64,000 nt of DNA from Paraspadella gotoi (taxonomy: Eukaryota > Animalia > Chaetognatha), in NCBI GenBank assembly GCA_051294375.1, contig CM119263.1, positions 12,689,723 to 12,753,722 of the forward strand, given 5' to 3'. Of the stretch, positions 43,788-57,784 are shown one piece after another. A program made the position numbers and the translations under genes. Numbering within the stretch: position 1 is the first letter of the stretch; every line of letters begins with the position of its first letter. A model generated the notes under the pieces. The model saw only the letters and a list, made by a program, of their open reading frames with translations. It was not told the origin of the DNA and made no database searches.

Positions 43788-46550
43788 AAAGAAAGAAAGA
43801 AAGAAAGAAAGAAAGAAGAAAGAAAGAAGAAAGAAAGAAAGAAAGAAAGAATTATTTCTCTAAAATAAACAAATAAACAACGAAACTGCTCCCAATATTT
43901 CAACCCACACCTGCCAATCCCCGTCGACCTCCCGGCCGTTCTTCAAACTGATCCTGCAAGAGGGCGTCGGTCTCTTGGTACTGTCGCGCCCCCCGTCAAC
44001 TCGCCCAGTTGACGAGAAATATCGTGACGTTGACTCGGGCGTAGAGGTTGTCCGGCTCCAGTTTAATCGCCTCCTGAACACGAAGTCGAAGGACGAAGGA
44101 GGTTTAAGAAAATCGAGAAGTTCTCGAAAATTAATCAGCGAATGGAATCATTTACACCAGTCCTTGGGATACACCTGATACGTCCTCTTGCGTTCTCTAG
44201 ATCCTCCAGGTTCGTGAGAGCGACGGCCACAACATGTAGAGAGAAGCGTTCTTTGGCCGGAGATTAATGGCGGCGGAGAGAAAGTGAAAGGCGGAGGCGT
44301 ACTGTTTGGAAACAAAGAGGTAGGCGTATGAGAACGCAAACCGTTTTTCTCAAAAACTGATTAAAAGCATGATCAAAGTAGATTAGATGATTCGTTTTTA
44401 CTTATAGATTGATTGATTGACTGATTGAGTAATCGATGGATGGATCGATAGATCGATGCGTTCACCTAACTTCATAAGTATTCCACTTACTTAAACTTTA
44501 CCTGCTGCATGGTTAAATGGACCAGACCGAGATTGTGAAGTATCTTCAGTCAAACGGGGCTAAGTAATTGGCGCGTTTGAGGCAGGAGATGGCAGCCACA
44601 AACTTTTTCTTCCCGTAAAAACACATCCCTATGTTGTTCCATAATTGAGAGGATTCCGGCATCTAGAGGAGGGGGAGAAAAAAAAAGAGAATAAATGATG
44701 TTGAATTAATTTATTAATTACAATTTTGCGCACCGAATTCGGGACAAAAGGGACGCCGAACATATATTAAAATAACGATCGCTTAAAACTGTTTTTTTTT
44801 AAATTTATTATTTAACGTAGGCATTTTATCTGTGAGAGTAATATAAGAATAAAAAAAATCCAGGGACAAGAGCGAACGCGACGAGGTAATCGGATCAAAA
44901 ACTCGATTTAATCAAATAAATATGTCGGAAACGATCGAGAAATAAATGGTGAAAAAGTAAATACGGAAAAAAAGGACCTTAACGGTGGCGACTCTGTATT
45001 TGGTGAGTGCAACGTCGAAGTCGTTGTGCCTCTGCATCACGGAACCCGCAGCCAAGATGGCCTTTTCGTATGTAGGGTCGAAGGTTAGGGCGTTGCCCAG
45101 ATGTTCGAAGGCCTTTTGGAATTGGCCGATCTGGATTTTAATAAAAATTTATTTTAAATTAGTAGTAATTATAAATTAGATTAGTTTTAAAATGTTTCCA
45201 TTTTGAATTAGAAAACGCAATTCACCTGCATGAACAACAATCCTAACGTTGTCAATATTTCCGGGTTCTCCGGAAAATGCTCCACAGCCTGGGTGTAAAC
45301 GTTGACTGCTTTCTGGAAGTTTCCTTCCATTATGTGAAGCTTTCCTAGCATTTTATACCTAAAGAGAAGGAATGGTAATCCAGTTAGCCACGGCCGAAAG
45401 AGAGGACCCACCCATGAAACTTTAAACACCCTTTGATCCGGACTAGACTATTATAATCTAGCAGGTTAGAATTTAGTTAAATTAAAATGAGGATGCAATT
45501 AAAGTCGATCCTCGAAACTGACGTGAGATCCCGCTGTGCCGTCTGCAACGCTTTGTCGAACAGCCCCTCCGCGGCGCGAAAATCTTTGAGGTACAAGTAG
45601 CAGACGGCCTTGTTGTGAAAAACTTCCCAATCGTCAGAGACGACTTTCTCCGCTTCGCTGTAGACCTCGATGGCCGCCTTGTGTCGCGCCATGAGAAAGA
45701 GGCACCGCGCCACCTGCTTGAAGTTGTCGCTCGAGTGCGGGTTCAACAGAGTGCAGGTCTGGAAAAGGTCTAGCGCCTGTTGGATATGGCCCTCCTGGCG
45801 CATGATCAAGCCTGAAATGAGGGTTTATTTTTTTTTTCACGCAAGCACCTGTCAGGGCCAAAACCTGGCCTGACAAGGAACGAAAGATGAAGGACGAGAA
45901 ACACGCCACTCTCTCTCTTTCTGCTGTTGTTTACGTTGAGCCAACAAAGACGTATAAACATTGTACAACAACATAATTTATGTTCGAAAGGTTTTGACCT
46001 TTTATTATAAACCACAGTTTTTTTATATTTATGATAATTATAGGAAAATTAGTGAAATTAAAATTACATATATCTAATTTCACTATTTTTAATGATTCCC
46101 GTCATCACCCTGAACGTAAATGGCGTATTCACAAATTCCTTGCGTCTCGGCCATCTGCTCCCGAATCAAGGCCTTGCACGTCTCTACGTCGTTCATGGTG
46201 AAGTGAAGGTGGATGAGCCAATTGCGTCGTTCGAAGATTGGCAGTTCCGCAGCTTTGCGAGCGCGCGGTTTCGGAGCTTGAAGGCCTTCTGAATCTAGAG
46301 CTGAAACGTAGTTGCGGGTGATGTATTTATCATTTAGTTAAAGTAATAAACTTCAGTAATCAACCAAAAATCAATCAATCGAAGCTCGTCGAACAAATTA
46401 ATTTATTAATAATGAATGAATGAATGAATGAATGAATGAATGAATGAATGAATGAATCAATCAAAATCAGTTACCTTTGACTTTTTCTTCGATCAGTCAG
46501 GCGGCGGCTGTGGCGGTCAAGTGAGCGTCGGTCTCCGCGTTACCGTACAT
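43193..46550 (-). CDS. BBS4: Bardet-Biedl syndrome 4 (BBSome TPR subunit). Exons about 46550-46475, 46300-46109, 45811-45523, 45358-45226, 45130-44978, 44662-44502, 44301-44175, 44073-43911, 43322-43193. A few residual indel errors remain.
   Basis: Peptides [20 protein letters not shown]...[30 protein letters not shown]...[40 protein letters not shown]...[12 protein letters not shown] and [32 protein letters not shown] closely match the human BBS4 sequence as I recall it. The first exon and start codon are uncertain (in-frame TGA, presumed read error). Confidence 0.93.
46410..46457. repeat. (GAAT)n microsatellite in BBS4 intron 1 (mirror copy near 21803-21853)
   Basis: Directly visible. Confidence 0.9.
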
Positions 46551-47297
46551 TACCGCGCTCAGTTGAGTTTCCTTTTTTATTCTTTTATGTTTTTGAAAAT
46601 TTTTTTGTAGATAATCATTTGTAACAACTAAAATGCATGATAGTCGGTTTAAGATAAAAGTAAAAGGAAACCGTTGATGCATTTTATAACGAGGCAATAA
46701 AAAAGCTTGCATAACGCCAATCTATTAGTAAACAACACCAAATCCATGCATACCGAAACTGAAAATCTTGAAGAAAACGTGATCATTTTAACTTTTTTGC
46801 CAATTTCATATCACCAAATATAAAAAAGAGCATTTTTCCGAAACAACAATTATGATCTACCAAACAAATCGTTTCAGAGATTTTCTTTAATTTTCTATAA
46901 ATTTAGCACAGAATGCCGAGACGAATCGAGACGATGTTAAATCTTTTAATTCTGATTATCAATACTTAAAAAATACTTTTTCATGCTTTCCATGCAAAAA
47001 TAATACGACAATAACAAAAAGTCCATACTAATATTGCAAAGAAAAGACCTTCCTCTTTTCTCGTGCTCTCTACGATATATTTCTCGATGTATTAGCTCTA
47101 ATACATCTAAGATCACGCATTGTGAAGGTGAATGAACCTTCCTCTTAACCAAGTTTCCATAATTGTTATTCTAATTGACATTCTTTCTTTCCTTATCGCA
47201 TTAACAGTTATTACATTAACAGTTCCGTATCGAAATGAGATTCGAAATTCGAGCTACTACTAGTACTAGGTAATTCCCAAATCAGACATTCCTCTCC

Positions 47298-47844
47298 TCA
47301 TTTGTGCAGCCAGCAGAGGCACGGTTTCGATGGAGGCCGTCTGCTCTCCGCCTCCTGTTTTCCCGCGTATTTTTCCTCGTATTCCGACCGCCACTTTCGA
47401 GTTTCCCTCTTCGCGTTTTCCTCGAAAAGCGAGCGATTGAGCGGCGGTCGAGTTGCGATTCTCCGGACGTCAACGCCCGTCGTCTAGAATTGGGTAAAAA
47501 TGTATTTATTATAAATTATTCAATCAATTAATTATATTTTACGACCATCAGAAATATTTAGAAAGATCTCGTACCAAAAAAAGTAATTTTCTCCCTTCTC
47601 ACTTCCATCTGCCCCTCTCTCCGTTTACCTGCGCGGCGTTTCTCGATGCAGCATCGACGGCAGACTTGGCGATCTCTTGTGAGGCGCGGACGTTAAAGGT
47701 GCGCTTGTCGCCGACGCGGGCTTCGTCATGACCGCGGGCGAAAAGGACGAATGGGGGCATCTCGTCCCCGGGCAAGCGGATGCGGCGAAGGGGGATGCGA
47801 GGCGATTTGGAAGTCGACGAGAGGTTGGACATCTGGGGGGTGAC

Positions 47845-47920
<76 letters not shown>

Positions 47921-49025
47921 AGAGAGAGAGAGAAGAGAGAGAGAGAGAGAAGAGATAGAGAGAGAAGAGAGAGAGAAAATTAAAAGATATTATAAAATTA
48001 TAAGAGTGGGCATACAATGTCCTCGCGATCGACCCTCTTTTCTCTACCTATCTTCTTCCTTTGGGACGGAGGAGCTGAGCTCGGTCGTTGTCTCGATCTT
48101 GATGATGAAGACTCACTCTTTGACTCCTCTCGTTTTTCTCGCCCTCTTTCTGTCGTCGTCGAATTCTTCATCGGCGTCGTCTCCTCCTTTTTATCCATTT
48201 CGGGCGCCCTCGACGGCGTCGTCGATCGAATTGGCGTCGACTGGTTCGTTACCGAAATGACGGTTGCAGGTCGTTCGTCGCCGATGCTTTGTCCTCGTTG
48301 GACGGTGGGCGACAATCCCGCGGCGCGAAGACGATGGGCGTGGGCTGTCACGTCGGTTGACGATCGATGAGTCGACGGAGATTCGGGCTTCGTCGCGGGA
48401 AAAGTTTTACCCTCTTTGTCCTTCGGAGATTCTTTTCGTGACGACGATGACGAAGACGACGAAGACGACGAAGAAGACGAGGAAGATGATGAAGATGATG
48501 AAGATTTTGACGAAGACTTGGGAGACGAGGACGTCGAGGTTTTCGATGAATGAGATTTCTTTATATCCTCTTTGAAAACATCCGTTCTTTTGCCACTATC
48601 ATTTACGTCACGTTTGACTTCGAGGCTTTTGATTTGACGTTGCTTCCGTCCCAAGCGTTCGTGAGATCTTTCCGGTCTGGCCAGGGATCCGAAGTTGGGC
48701 GAGAAATGACGTATTAGAAAGAAACGTGTAGTAACAGAGACTATTTAATATGATTTAATTTTCTGTGAACAGTGTACATCTGAAGACCAAAAATCCCGGC
48801 CATCCCCTAATCGCTATTCTACCTGGGCGTGCCGCCTCCGCCACAATCGCAGTCACTCTCGACGTCGACGTCCCACAACCGGAAGTCAAAGAGATCCGTG
48901 TGATTTGATTCTCGCATGCGGCGCTCTTCGTTGTAGCGCCGAGCGCGTTTCAGCGCATCAGCGGCGCTGGAACTGGAACATTTGCAGCTCATCGAGCGGA
49001 ATTTTCTTTGATACTCGGTTTTCAT
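47298..49025 (-). CDS. CCSAP: Centriole, cilia and spindle-associated protein (CCSAP/CSAP family). Exons 49025-48823, 48676-48048, 47843-47629, 47483-47298 (about 410 aa).
   Basis: Three blocks match human CCSAP as I recall it: N-terminal MKTEYQRKF...RYNEERRMRESNH...LWD (cf. VKSEYMKRY...HYRLGRRLLEQAH..WLWD), PPFVLFARGHDEARVGDKRTFNVRASQEIAKSAVDA (cf. [35 protein letters not shown]), and C-terminal WRSEYEEKYA (cf. WMTEYMRCYS). Exon phases close exactly. Not confirmed by a search. Confidence 0.75.
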
Positions 49026-50183
49026 TTTTGAAAGTCTTTGTATCCAATTTCGTGTCGTCTTACGGGCCACGGGAGACCGGCCAACGTAAACTATAATAAG
49101 ATATCGTTTACGCGCTCCGATCTCACACAGACGGCTTATTGAAATGATACGTCGTCAAGGATACCAAGACTGAATTCGAGGTTTGTTCCGCATTTATGGT
49201 TGAGTCTTTTGTTTTTTTTTGTTTCTAAACGCGGTAATGGGTAGATGTCGTGTCTAGAGAATTAATTGTGGTAAAAAAAAACAAAATATTTGTGGAAATT
49301 TTAAGTAGATTTTATCCAGAAAGTATGAAGAGATTATGCTCAATTTTTTGATGAAAAAAAAATTATGTAAATTACTAAAACATAGATAGATAAACATGAA
49401 GGGAGAAAAAGAGAGAATAAAGGGAAATTCGTTACCTGGAATTCATAGCTCTTTTAAACAATCAAAATCTCATTAATTTTTGCAAACATGGGCATCGTAA
49501 GAAAGCCGGTTAAAAATTAATTCAGGAATATTTATTATAATTTCTTAAGAGTAATAGACCTTGCAATTGATTATTTTTATAACTAAGGTAGTAATGATTC
49601 TATAACTTTGACTGGGCCTCAAAAAGATATTTTTTTATGCTACAAAATCGAAAAATACATCATAGTATACAGTTTTTGAGAGCTTTTAGGAAATATCAAT
49701 ATTATTATTATTTTTTGAAAAACTTTGTTATAAATCGTCCAGAAAGTAAGACTACAATTTTTCATTCAAAAACATTAGGCTATCGGGCAGGGAGATCATT
49801 TTCTAAGCTATCTTACCTCTTATTGTTAAAGTAGAAGTCTTTAAGTATCTCTTTTCAAAATGTTAAAATCTTTTCATGTTTTCATTTGGTGAATTTTTTC
49901 TAGCAGCGGGTTTCAAATGGTCACCATATATACTAAATAATTATTTTTTACAATCTCCACGTCTTCATTAGCTCTTAAGATTTTTTAAACAGAAATGAAT
50001 TTCATTATCCTTAAATTTTCATTTCTCTTTCTTTTCGACGATGGTGCATGGCCAGACTCCTTAGCAGCCGGTCGCAGACGTTGCGGACGAAGTTTTCCGG
50101 GGCAGTGTCCAGGTGGCGCTTAAGCTTTCGATGAGTGAAATCAGAGATATTGCGAATGGGATCGCTAATTCGGGGGCGGTTTG

Positions 50184-50231
<48 letters not shown>

Positions 50232-51926
50232 AGCCAGACCGTTTTTAAGTGTGAGGAACGATATTGCGAGGCAAGAAATTTCGACCTTCCGTCAAAGCCT
50301 GATGCAGGATGAGAACTTCTAGCCGATGTTTGTTTATCTTTTTACACAGAATTCTATACCTCCATTGGCGCGAAAATACATATGTAATAAATATCTCGCT
50401 TTTAAACCATGTCATAGTTGATTCAAGAGCTTCGAGCGAATAAATACTAGCTTATCGTATAATCGTAATGTACATACATATGCATTCAAAATTGTAAATA
50501 TTTTCTGACAGCTTAATTATTCAAGCGATAAGCAATAAGCATCACTTTTAAAATCCACTCGATATCAATAGAGGGAACTCATTAAAATTTTACTTTTTTT
50601 TATTTTTCTTTTCTTTTCTTTTTGCTAATCCCTGAAATCCACGATTGGTCCCCTTTAACAAATACTCGCCTCTGATTGGCCGACCGTTGCGCAAAAAAAG
50701 AAAGAAACTGCGATCGCGTCGCCTTTTCAGATAAGAGGGTCGCGCGGTGATTGCCAGAGACCTCCGCCTTCGACGACTCGATTGGTCGAAAATTTCACGG
50801 CGGATTTCACTGAGGAAAACGCGCATCTTCACTTTTTTTTTCCTTTTTCGTTGGAGATAACGTTATATTTCTTTTTTTTTCTATCTTCGGCGTCTCGTTT
50901 TCGCGGCCGCGGGCTAATATGCCGCCAATCGCCCCGACCGAAATCCAAACTTCTAAGCCGACCCCGGGGCCTTGGAGGGAGATTCGAGAATGGAAGTTTG
51001 AGTGGGTTTTGAGGTGTGGGGCGAAGAAGTGGGAATGAGTGTGTGGTAGTAAACGGGTTAAATAGAGAGGTAGCTCGAAAGGTAGAACATTAACATGCGG
51101 GATTTATTGAGAACCCGTTAGTTAATCGTCCGCTACCGGAAAGGAAAAGAAGCGGATGAGGCTCGCTTCGACTTTTCCTCTCCGACTGCAGCGGAGATGG
51201 GTGATGGGAAAATTTAGGATATGTTTATTTGGTAATGGAAAAGTAATTAGCTTATTTATTTTTTAATAAAAAGTTTTCAAATTAATTTAGCTTGATAAAG
51301 ACTAGAAATAGTTTTACAATATGAATTTTCAGTTGTGACTGTTGGGAAGATTCTCTCTTCAAAAAAAAAAAATAGGAAAAATTTCGACCCTGACTGAAAA
51401 AGCTGTAAAGTAAATTTACCCATATGCTGTTCTTCAGACGCAAACGCTAATTGAAGATTCCTCACATAAATCTGGACTCAACAAATTTTTCATTCGTTTA
51501 TCCGCGAGGTTAAAAACGCTTTCAACACTTCATATTGACTGGATCCGGACAGTTTCCGACTAACGTAACGAGGCCCCGATCGCGCATCTAACGTCGCTCG
51601 CTTCATACACGTTTTCCGGGGCCTCACTGTTTATTAATGTTTCTCGGGACGTAAACACTTTCTTGTCTGCGCGATCCATCAAGTCTCGCGATCTATTTGG
51701 CAGATATCTACACAAATTGAGATCTGGAAGAGTATCTTCTAAGTGAGGTTAAAGTGGATTTTTTTCCCGGGTGTTTCAATCCATCTATGACAAGATAAAA
51801 AGCTGTGATGTAAACTTTTTCGAAAGGAGGAGATTTAAAAGTGGAGTAGAGTGAAAAAAAAAATTAGGAAAGCAAGATAAAATAAAGGGAAGGAGTTTTC
51901 TTCCTCTTGGTGTTTTTTTTCTTAAT

Positions 51927-51973
<47 letters not shown>

Positions 51974-52260
51974 GTTATTTCGAACTTATGAACTTTTCAA
52001 CTTTCTTCCAATTTCTGACCTTTACTTTTCATACATTCTTGTGCATTGTCCTCACTCCATTGCTTCTCCCTTTGGGCTTTTCACAAAATTTTCTTATTTT
52101 CTCTCTACTTTTCCTTCCGCCAAATACCCGAGCCAGTCCCAAAAATTCCTTCACTCTCCATACAACAAAAGATAATAGCGGCGAATCAAGCTTTTGACCA
52201 TCTGAAGACGATCGAGGAAATCAAGTATGTTTTTGCTCATTCCATGCTCTCTCTCTCTCT

Positions 52261-52337
<77 letters not shown>

Positions 52338-54929
52338 CACTCACTGCTTCTTGCATCGATTAAGACCCCCTGGCCCGGGAGGGACCACCCATGGAAACAG
52401 ATATTCAAAAATTGAGTAGAATCAAATTGGCGGGAAATTAAAAGAAGGACATCGACTACGGAGATGCTCACACAAATCGACTCGACTGGGCGAGAAGTTT
52501 GGCGTGGGGTGAGGGGGCGCGGGAGGGTGGTGTGGAGCTTAATTGAACATTTCGCCGCGATCGTCGATCTTTATCTCCCAGAAAAGTTCGCCGATTGATT
52601 CGGCTGCCCGCCGCTGCCCCCTCTTCTAACGCCGTTTTAAAGCCGGTGGACGATGAGAGGACTCGTTGAGCCGCTCGGCTCATCTTTAGCGCCCACTCGA
52701 GAAATTCGCCGCAGATCGTTTTTTACACCGTGCTCAATCTTTGAGCGCCGATCCGAGTTGCGCGCGTCCCAACCCTCGAAACCCACAGATCCCCTTCGCC
52801 CCTCAAAGAATTATTCAAAACCGAGGTGGACCCATTGAATTACTCGGAGCGGAGGAGATTCTCGATGAAGGCGGGATCCGAGTCTCCAGGGAATTTCGCC
52901 CGTGAATTCGTGAGTTTTAGCGAATTCGATTTAGAGTCGGAGACTAAAGTAGAGACAGACTCTTGCATCTTGATGGACTTGCACTTGGACCAAACGGATA
53001 TGTGAAGTGAGAAAACGTCGGAGACGATCCTCGATATTTTTTTCAAGCGTGAAAAACTTATTAATATAAAATAGAACTATTCTAATAGTAAATTTCTACA
53101 TTTTAAAGATTTAAAATAAACATAATATAAACGACTAATATTAAATTAAGGTAAAGCAAATGTATCTGCATTTACACAATCATAAACCGTCTACTTTAAA
53201 AACTCGGACGTAGGCGAGGACACGACAAGGACAACGACGACGACGACGACGACGACGACAACGACTCCGACAACGACGACGAGGGAGAAGATCATTCCCA
53301 GCGACCACCCTAACCGATTGTCGTGTTTTCTTTTCCCCTTCACAAATCACCGTCGATGGAAATACGAAGAGATCAATTTTGCTCCTTCCCCGGGGGACAA
53401 AACCTTGGGGGGAAAGAGGGAGATGCTTAAGAGAGTGGGGACCGGCTGGGGGAAGGAAAGCTTGTTTATGTGAGGGTGAGAAGACGGGGCGATGGGACTC
53501 TAGAAGGAAAAGGTTGGGGGGGTGATTCTAAAAAAAGTAAGTCGCTTCGTCAAATTAGAGATTTTTACGATTTTGAAAAACGAGGCTTTGTGGTGGTAGT
53601 TTGACCCTTTCCGTCTTCGCCCGATGTCAGCAGGAAATCGTTGTTGACTCTCGAACATCGTAAAAAGCCGAAAATTGCCTCAACCCAGAATTTAATACGC
53701 CGGAAACAGAGTCTAAACACAAAGAAATGAGATTTGAAAAAAAGAAGAAATACCGAAAATGGACTTAAAATAAATTAAAGGCATATACACGTAACTTGAA
53801 TTAACTTTTTAAATTAGAATATTTTTAACCCGGATAAAATTTTTTAAAAATAATTAGGCTATACATGAATTAATTTATAATTTTTTTTATCTGTATTGTT
53901 GTCTGTTATACTTTATCCCTCTCAACCCCCTCCAGCGAGCTTTTATCGATTTTTAATGGAAATGAGACTTTCCTTCTTCCTCTGATGTTTTTTCCTATTT
54001 TCATTGGAGTTGGACTCATTTTCTTCTCAATTTCGTCCAAAGATTTGTCAACGACGCTCTAGCAAAAATTGAATAATGATGCTTGACCAAACGAGAAAAA
54101 GTTTTGTTCAACATGGTTAAAAAGAATTGAAAATTAATGTACATTAGATTTAAAATCTGAAGTAGGATTTTCATCTCTTGAGCAGCTAAAATTGCAAGAT
54201 GGCTAGGTATTAGATTTACTTTAAAAATTATTTTTAAAAATCGTTAAATTATTAACCGTGGGAGTGTGACCTGGAGACTCATTGAACAAAAGCTCTCAGC
54301 ACTTTTCCCAAAGGAGCCGTGATCAACTTAAAACGTAATATATTGCCTTTGGCTTAAAACCACCTTGGGCAACGAGAGGGAATGTATACCGTTCCTTAGA
54401 ACAAAATAACAAGAATATGATTAACTTAACTTAACTCAAGCTAGCTTTTTTTAGTTTTATTAGAAAATTCGACAATTTAGTGCGCCAGAAAGGTTACTGG
54501 AAGAAAATATAACTAATATGTTTAATTTTGTTTATTATTATTATGTTTGTACGGAAGACGAAGCCGGTAAAGATTAGTGATGAAACCTAAATTAAAACCA
54601 TAAAACGTTAAAGATTTAACTTTTTTTACAAGTTAAAACAACCATAAAAATAAGAAATAAAAATCCAGAAGCCACACTTCGGAAGTAGGCGAACATACCT
54701 GGCGGAGATCATTCGGCGGCCGATGGTTCGTATCGGCCGCGAAGATTGGCACTTTTAAGACGGATCGAGGCTCTCAAAGTCAGGAGAGCCTCCTGATCTG
54801 ATCTGGTCTTCGCTCCTCATCCGAAAAACGCGTCTCTCTTTCGAACCTCGTAGTTCGAACCTGGATTTGGGTCTGGACTACGTTAAGACTCGCTCGCGAC
54901 CTTTATTTTTTTACGTTTGGTCCGGAAGA

Positions 54930-54939
54930 NNNNNNNNNN
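54930..54939. other. Assembly gap (10 N)
   Basis: Run of 10 N. Confidence 1.
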
Positions 54940-55622
54940 CCTCTGAAAAGAAAATTAGAGAGTTAACGACGGGAAGAAACCCGAGAGTCTTTGCCGGAAG
55001 CCTAAGGATGTAATGACTTCTGAAGGATGTAACTCCGAAGCATGCCGTTCTCTTTCACTAGAGATAAAATAAAGAAGAGTCGCTTAATGGAGGGAAAGGG
55101 GTGGAACCCCGGAGTCCTCGAGAGTTAGGGGGGAATGAAAAAGGCCTCTCCCGTCACGGTTTTTTCTTCGGGGTGGTCCAGAGTCCGGACGGAGGGGGCG
55201 AGGCTTAACTCTCAGCCATTGCCCAAATTTACTTAAACACTCCGTCAGAGAAAACACAGGTGCAATCCATCGGGGAGTGTAATACGTCCCGGGCGGGTCA
55301 AGAGGACTAAAGAGTGGGAGCTTGGGGAAGAAACAGTATGGGAAATAACAAAATAGCTTGTTTATTAAATGAATGAATAATTTTTTTTTATTGGTTTTAC
55401 CAATTTCGTAATTTGTGATAATTTTTAAGTATAGTTTATTTAAATAACATACCGCCCTAAATTACGGCATAATAAAAACGAAGAAAGACCACGTTAAGGG
55501 AATGCGCGCATATTTGAGGCGGAATGAAAAAGCTCAGCTTAGTAAAAAGTGATTTTGACAAAGAAGAAAAGAAGAGAGAGAAGAAACTATGAAGGAAAAC
55601 AACTCTGGTACTAGGGAAGGAG

Positions 55623-56273
<651 letters not shown>

Positions 56274-57742
56274 CTTCCCCCTCTCCCCTTTCCCGAGGGT
56301 TTCAAATCAAACTCAATTACTCAAACACGAAGATCCCCTTTCGCTCTAATCGATGAGCGATGGAGTAACTTTTATTTTCGCAGAAACATGGGCCAACTGC
56401 TCGACGCTCAACGCCAAAACCTAGATATTTTATTGAAAAGTTCGAGTCTCGGTTTTCACCCTCTTTCAGATTTTTGGTGAGGTCAAGTTTTCGGAAAGTT
56501 TCCGTCATTTTCGACCTCGCGCCGGATACAGAGAGAAAAAGTGTCGGAAGAAGTTTGGTGAAAAGGAACAGAGTGAACGTGAGGCACAGTAAACCAAGAA
56601 GGAAGGAGGTAGGGGAAAGAGAAAACGATGTAGGATAAATGAAAAAAAAAAAAAATTTAAGAAAAAAAAATATAACTTTTAATGAAAATCGAAAGAATTA
56701 TAACTTATATAATTTGTAAGGCGGATCTTTTGAAGAAAAAAATATCAAAGCTATTTCAAGATGAGAAGCCATATCTAAATTTTTAACTCACTATGAATGC
56801 CCACTTTTGTAAAACTTTAACATAATTCATAATAATTTTTATTTAAAAAAAAACGGTAAGTCACAGCCAAACCTATAAAAGCGTAGTAGTTTTTATATAG
56901 AAAAACAGCGTGACGGACGACGACGACGACGACGACGACGACTACGTCACAAAGAAGCTCACCCGAATGAATATCAAGCCTGAACCGGCTTCGCCGGTCA
57001 TGGCTTGATAAAAAGATAAGTTCTTTTGAAGTTAAGAAAATAAAGGCAACATCGTAAATATACATGTAGGATTCAATCCTACATACATAATTAAATAAAA
57101 TATATTAGATTATTTTAACGTTCACACGGAGAAAATAAAACAGGAGAAAATATATATATTATATATATATTATATAATTACTTTAAATACAAATTAATTA
57201 TTTTGATTTAAATTTAGATTTAAACATTTAAAAATATATATATATATATTTTGTTCATGTTGGTGGTGGCCCACGAGGCAGATTTCTCCTTTAATGACCA
57301 ACTGGAAGATATCAGAAATCTCAAGAATTTCTGCTCCAGCTTTTTATTTCTTCTTCTATATTTTTAAAAGAAATTGGTTTTTAATCAAATTCCCTTATCT
57401 TTAAAAAAAAAAAAAATTACGGCATTTTCTTCGGCATAACAATAGATAAATATTGCAGCATCCTAAAGATTACTTTCACAAACATTTAATGTCACCCTAT
57501 CGTCGGCATCGTCGCGGTCGTCGTCATCGTCGTCATCTATCAAGCGTAGCGTCGCCCCTCGACTCGTGAATCATTTCATTGTTTTTACAAACGAGAAAAA
57601 AAGCTTTTTTCCCCTTTTTTCGTGAGAACATCCGAATTTTAACCGTGAAATTTAAAGAGTATTGTCTCTGAAAACAAGCATTCTCTTTGACAGGGGGGTC
57701 TCATTCGCCCGTTTCAGAAAAGAAATCGGAGATTTTATTTCG

Positions 57743-57784
<42 letters not shown>

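Noticed and set aside
57064-57084. 10-bp perfect inverted repeat ATGTAGGATT-C-AATCCTACAT
   Set aside because: Too short and isolated to support a functional call.
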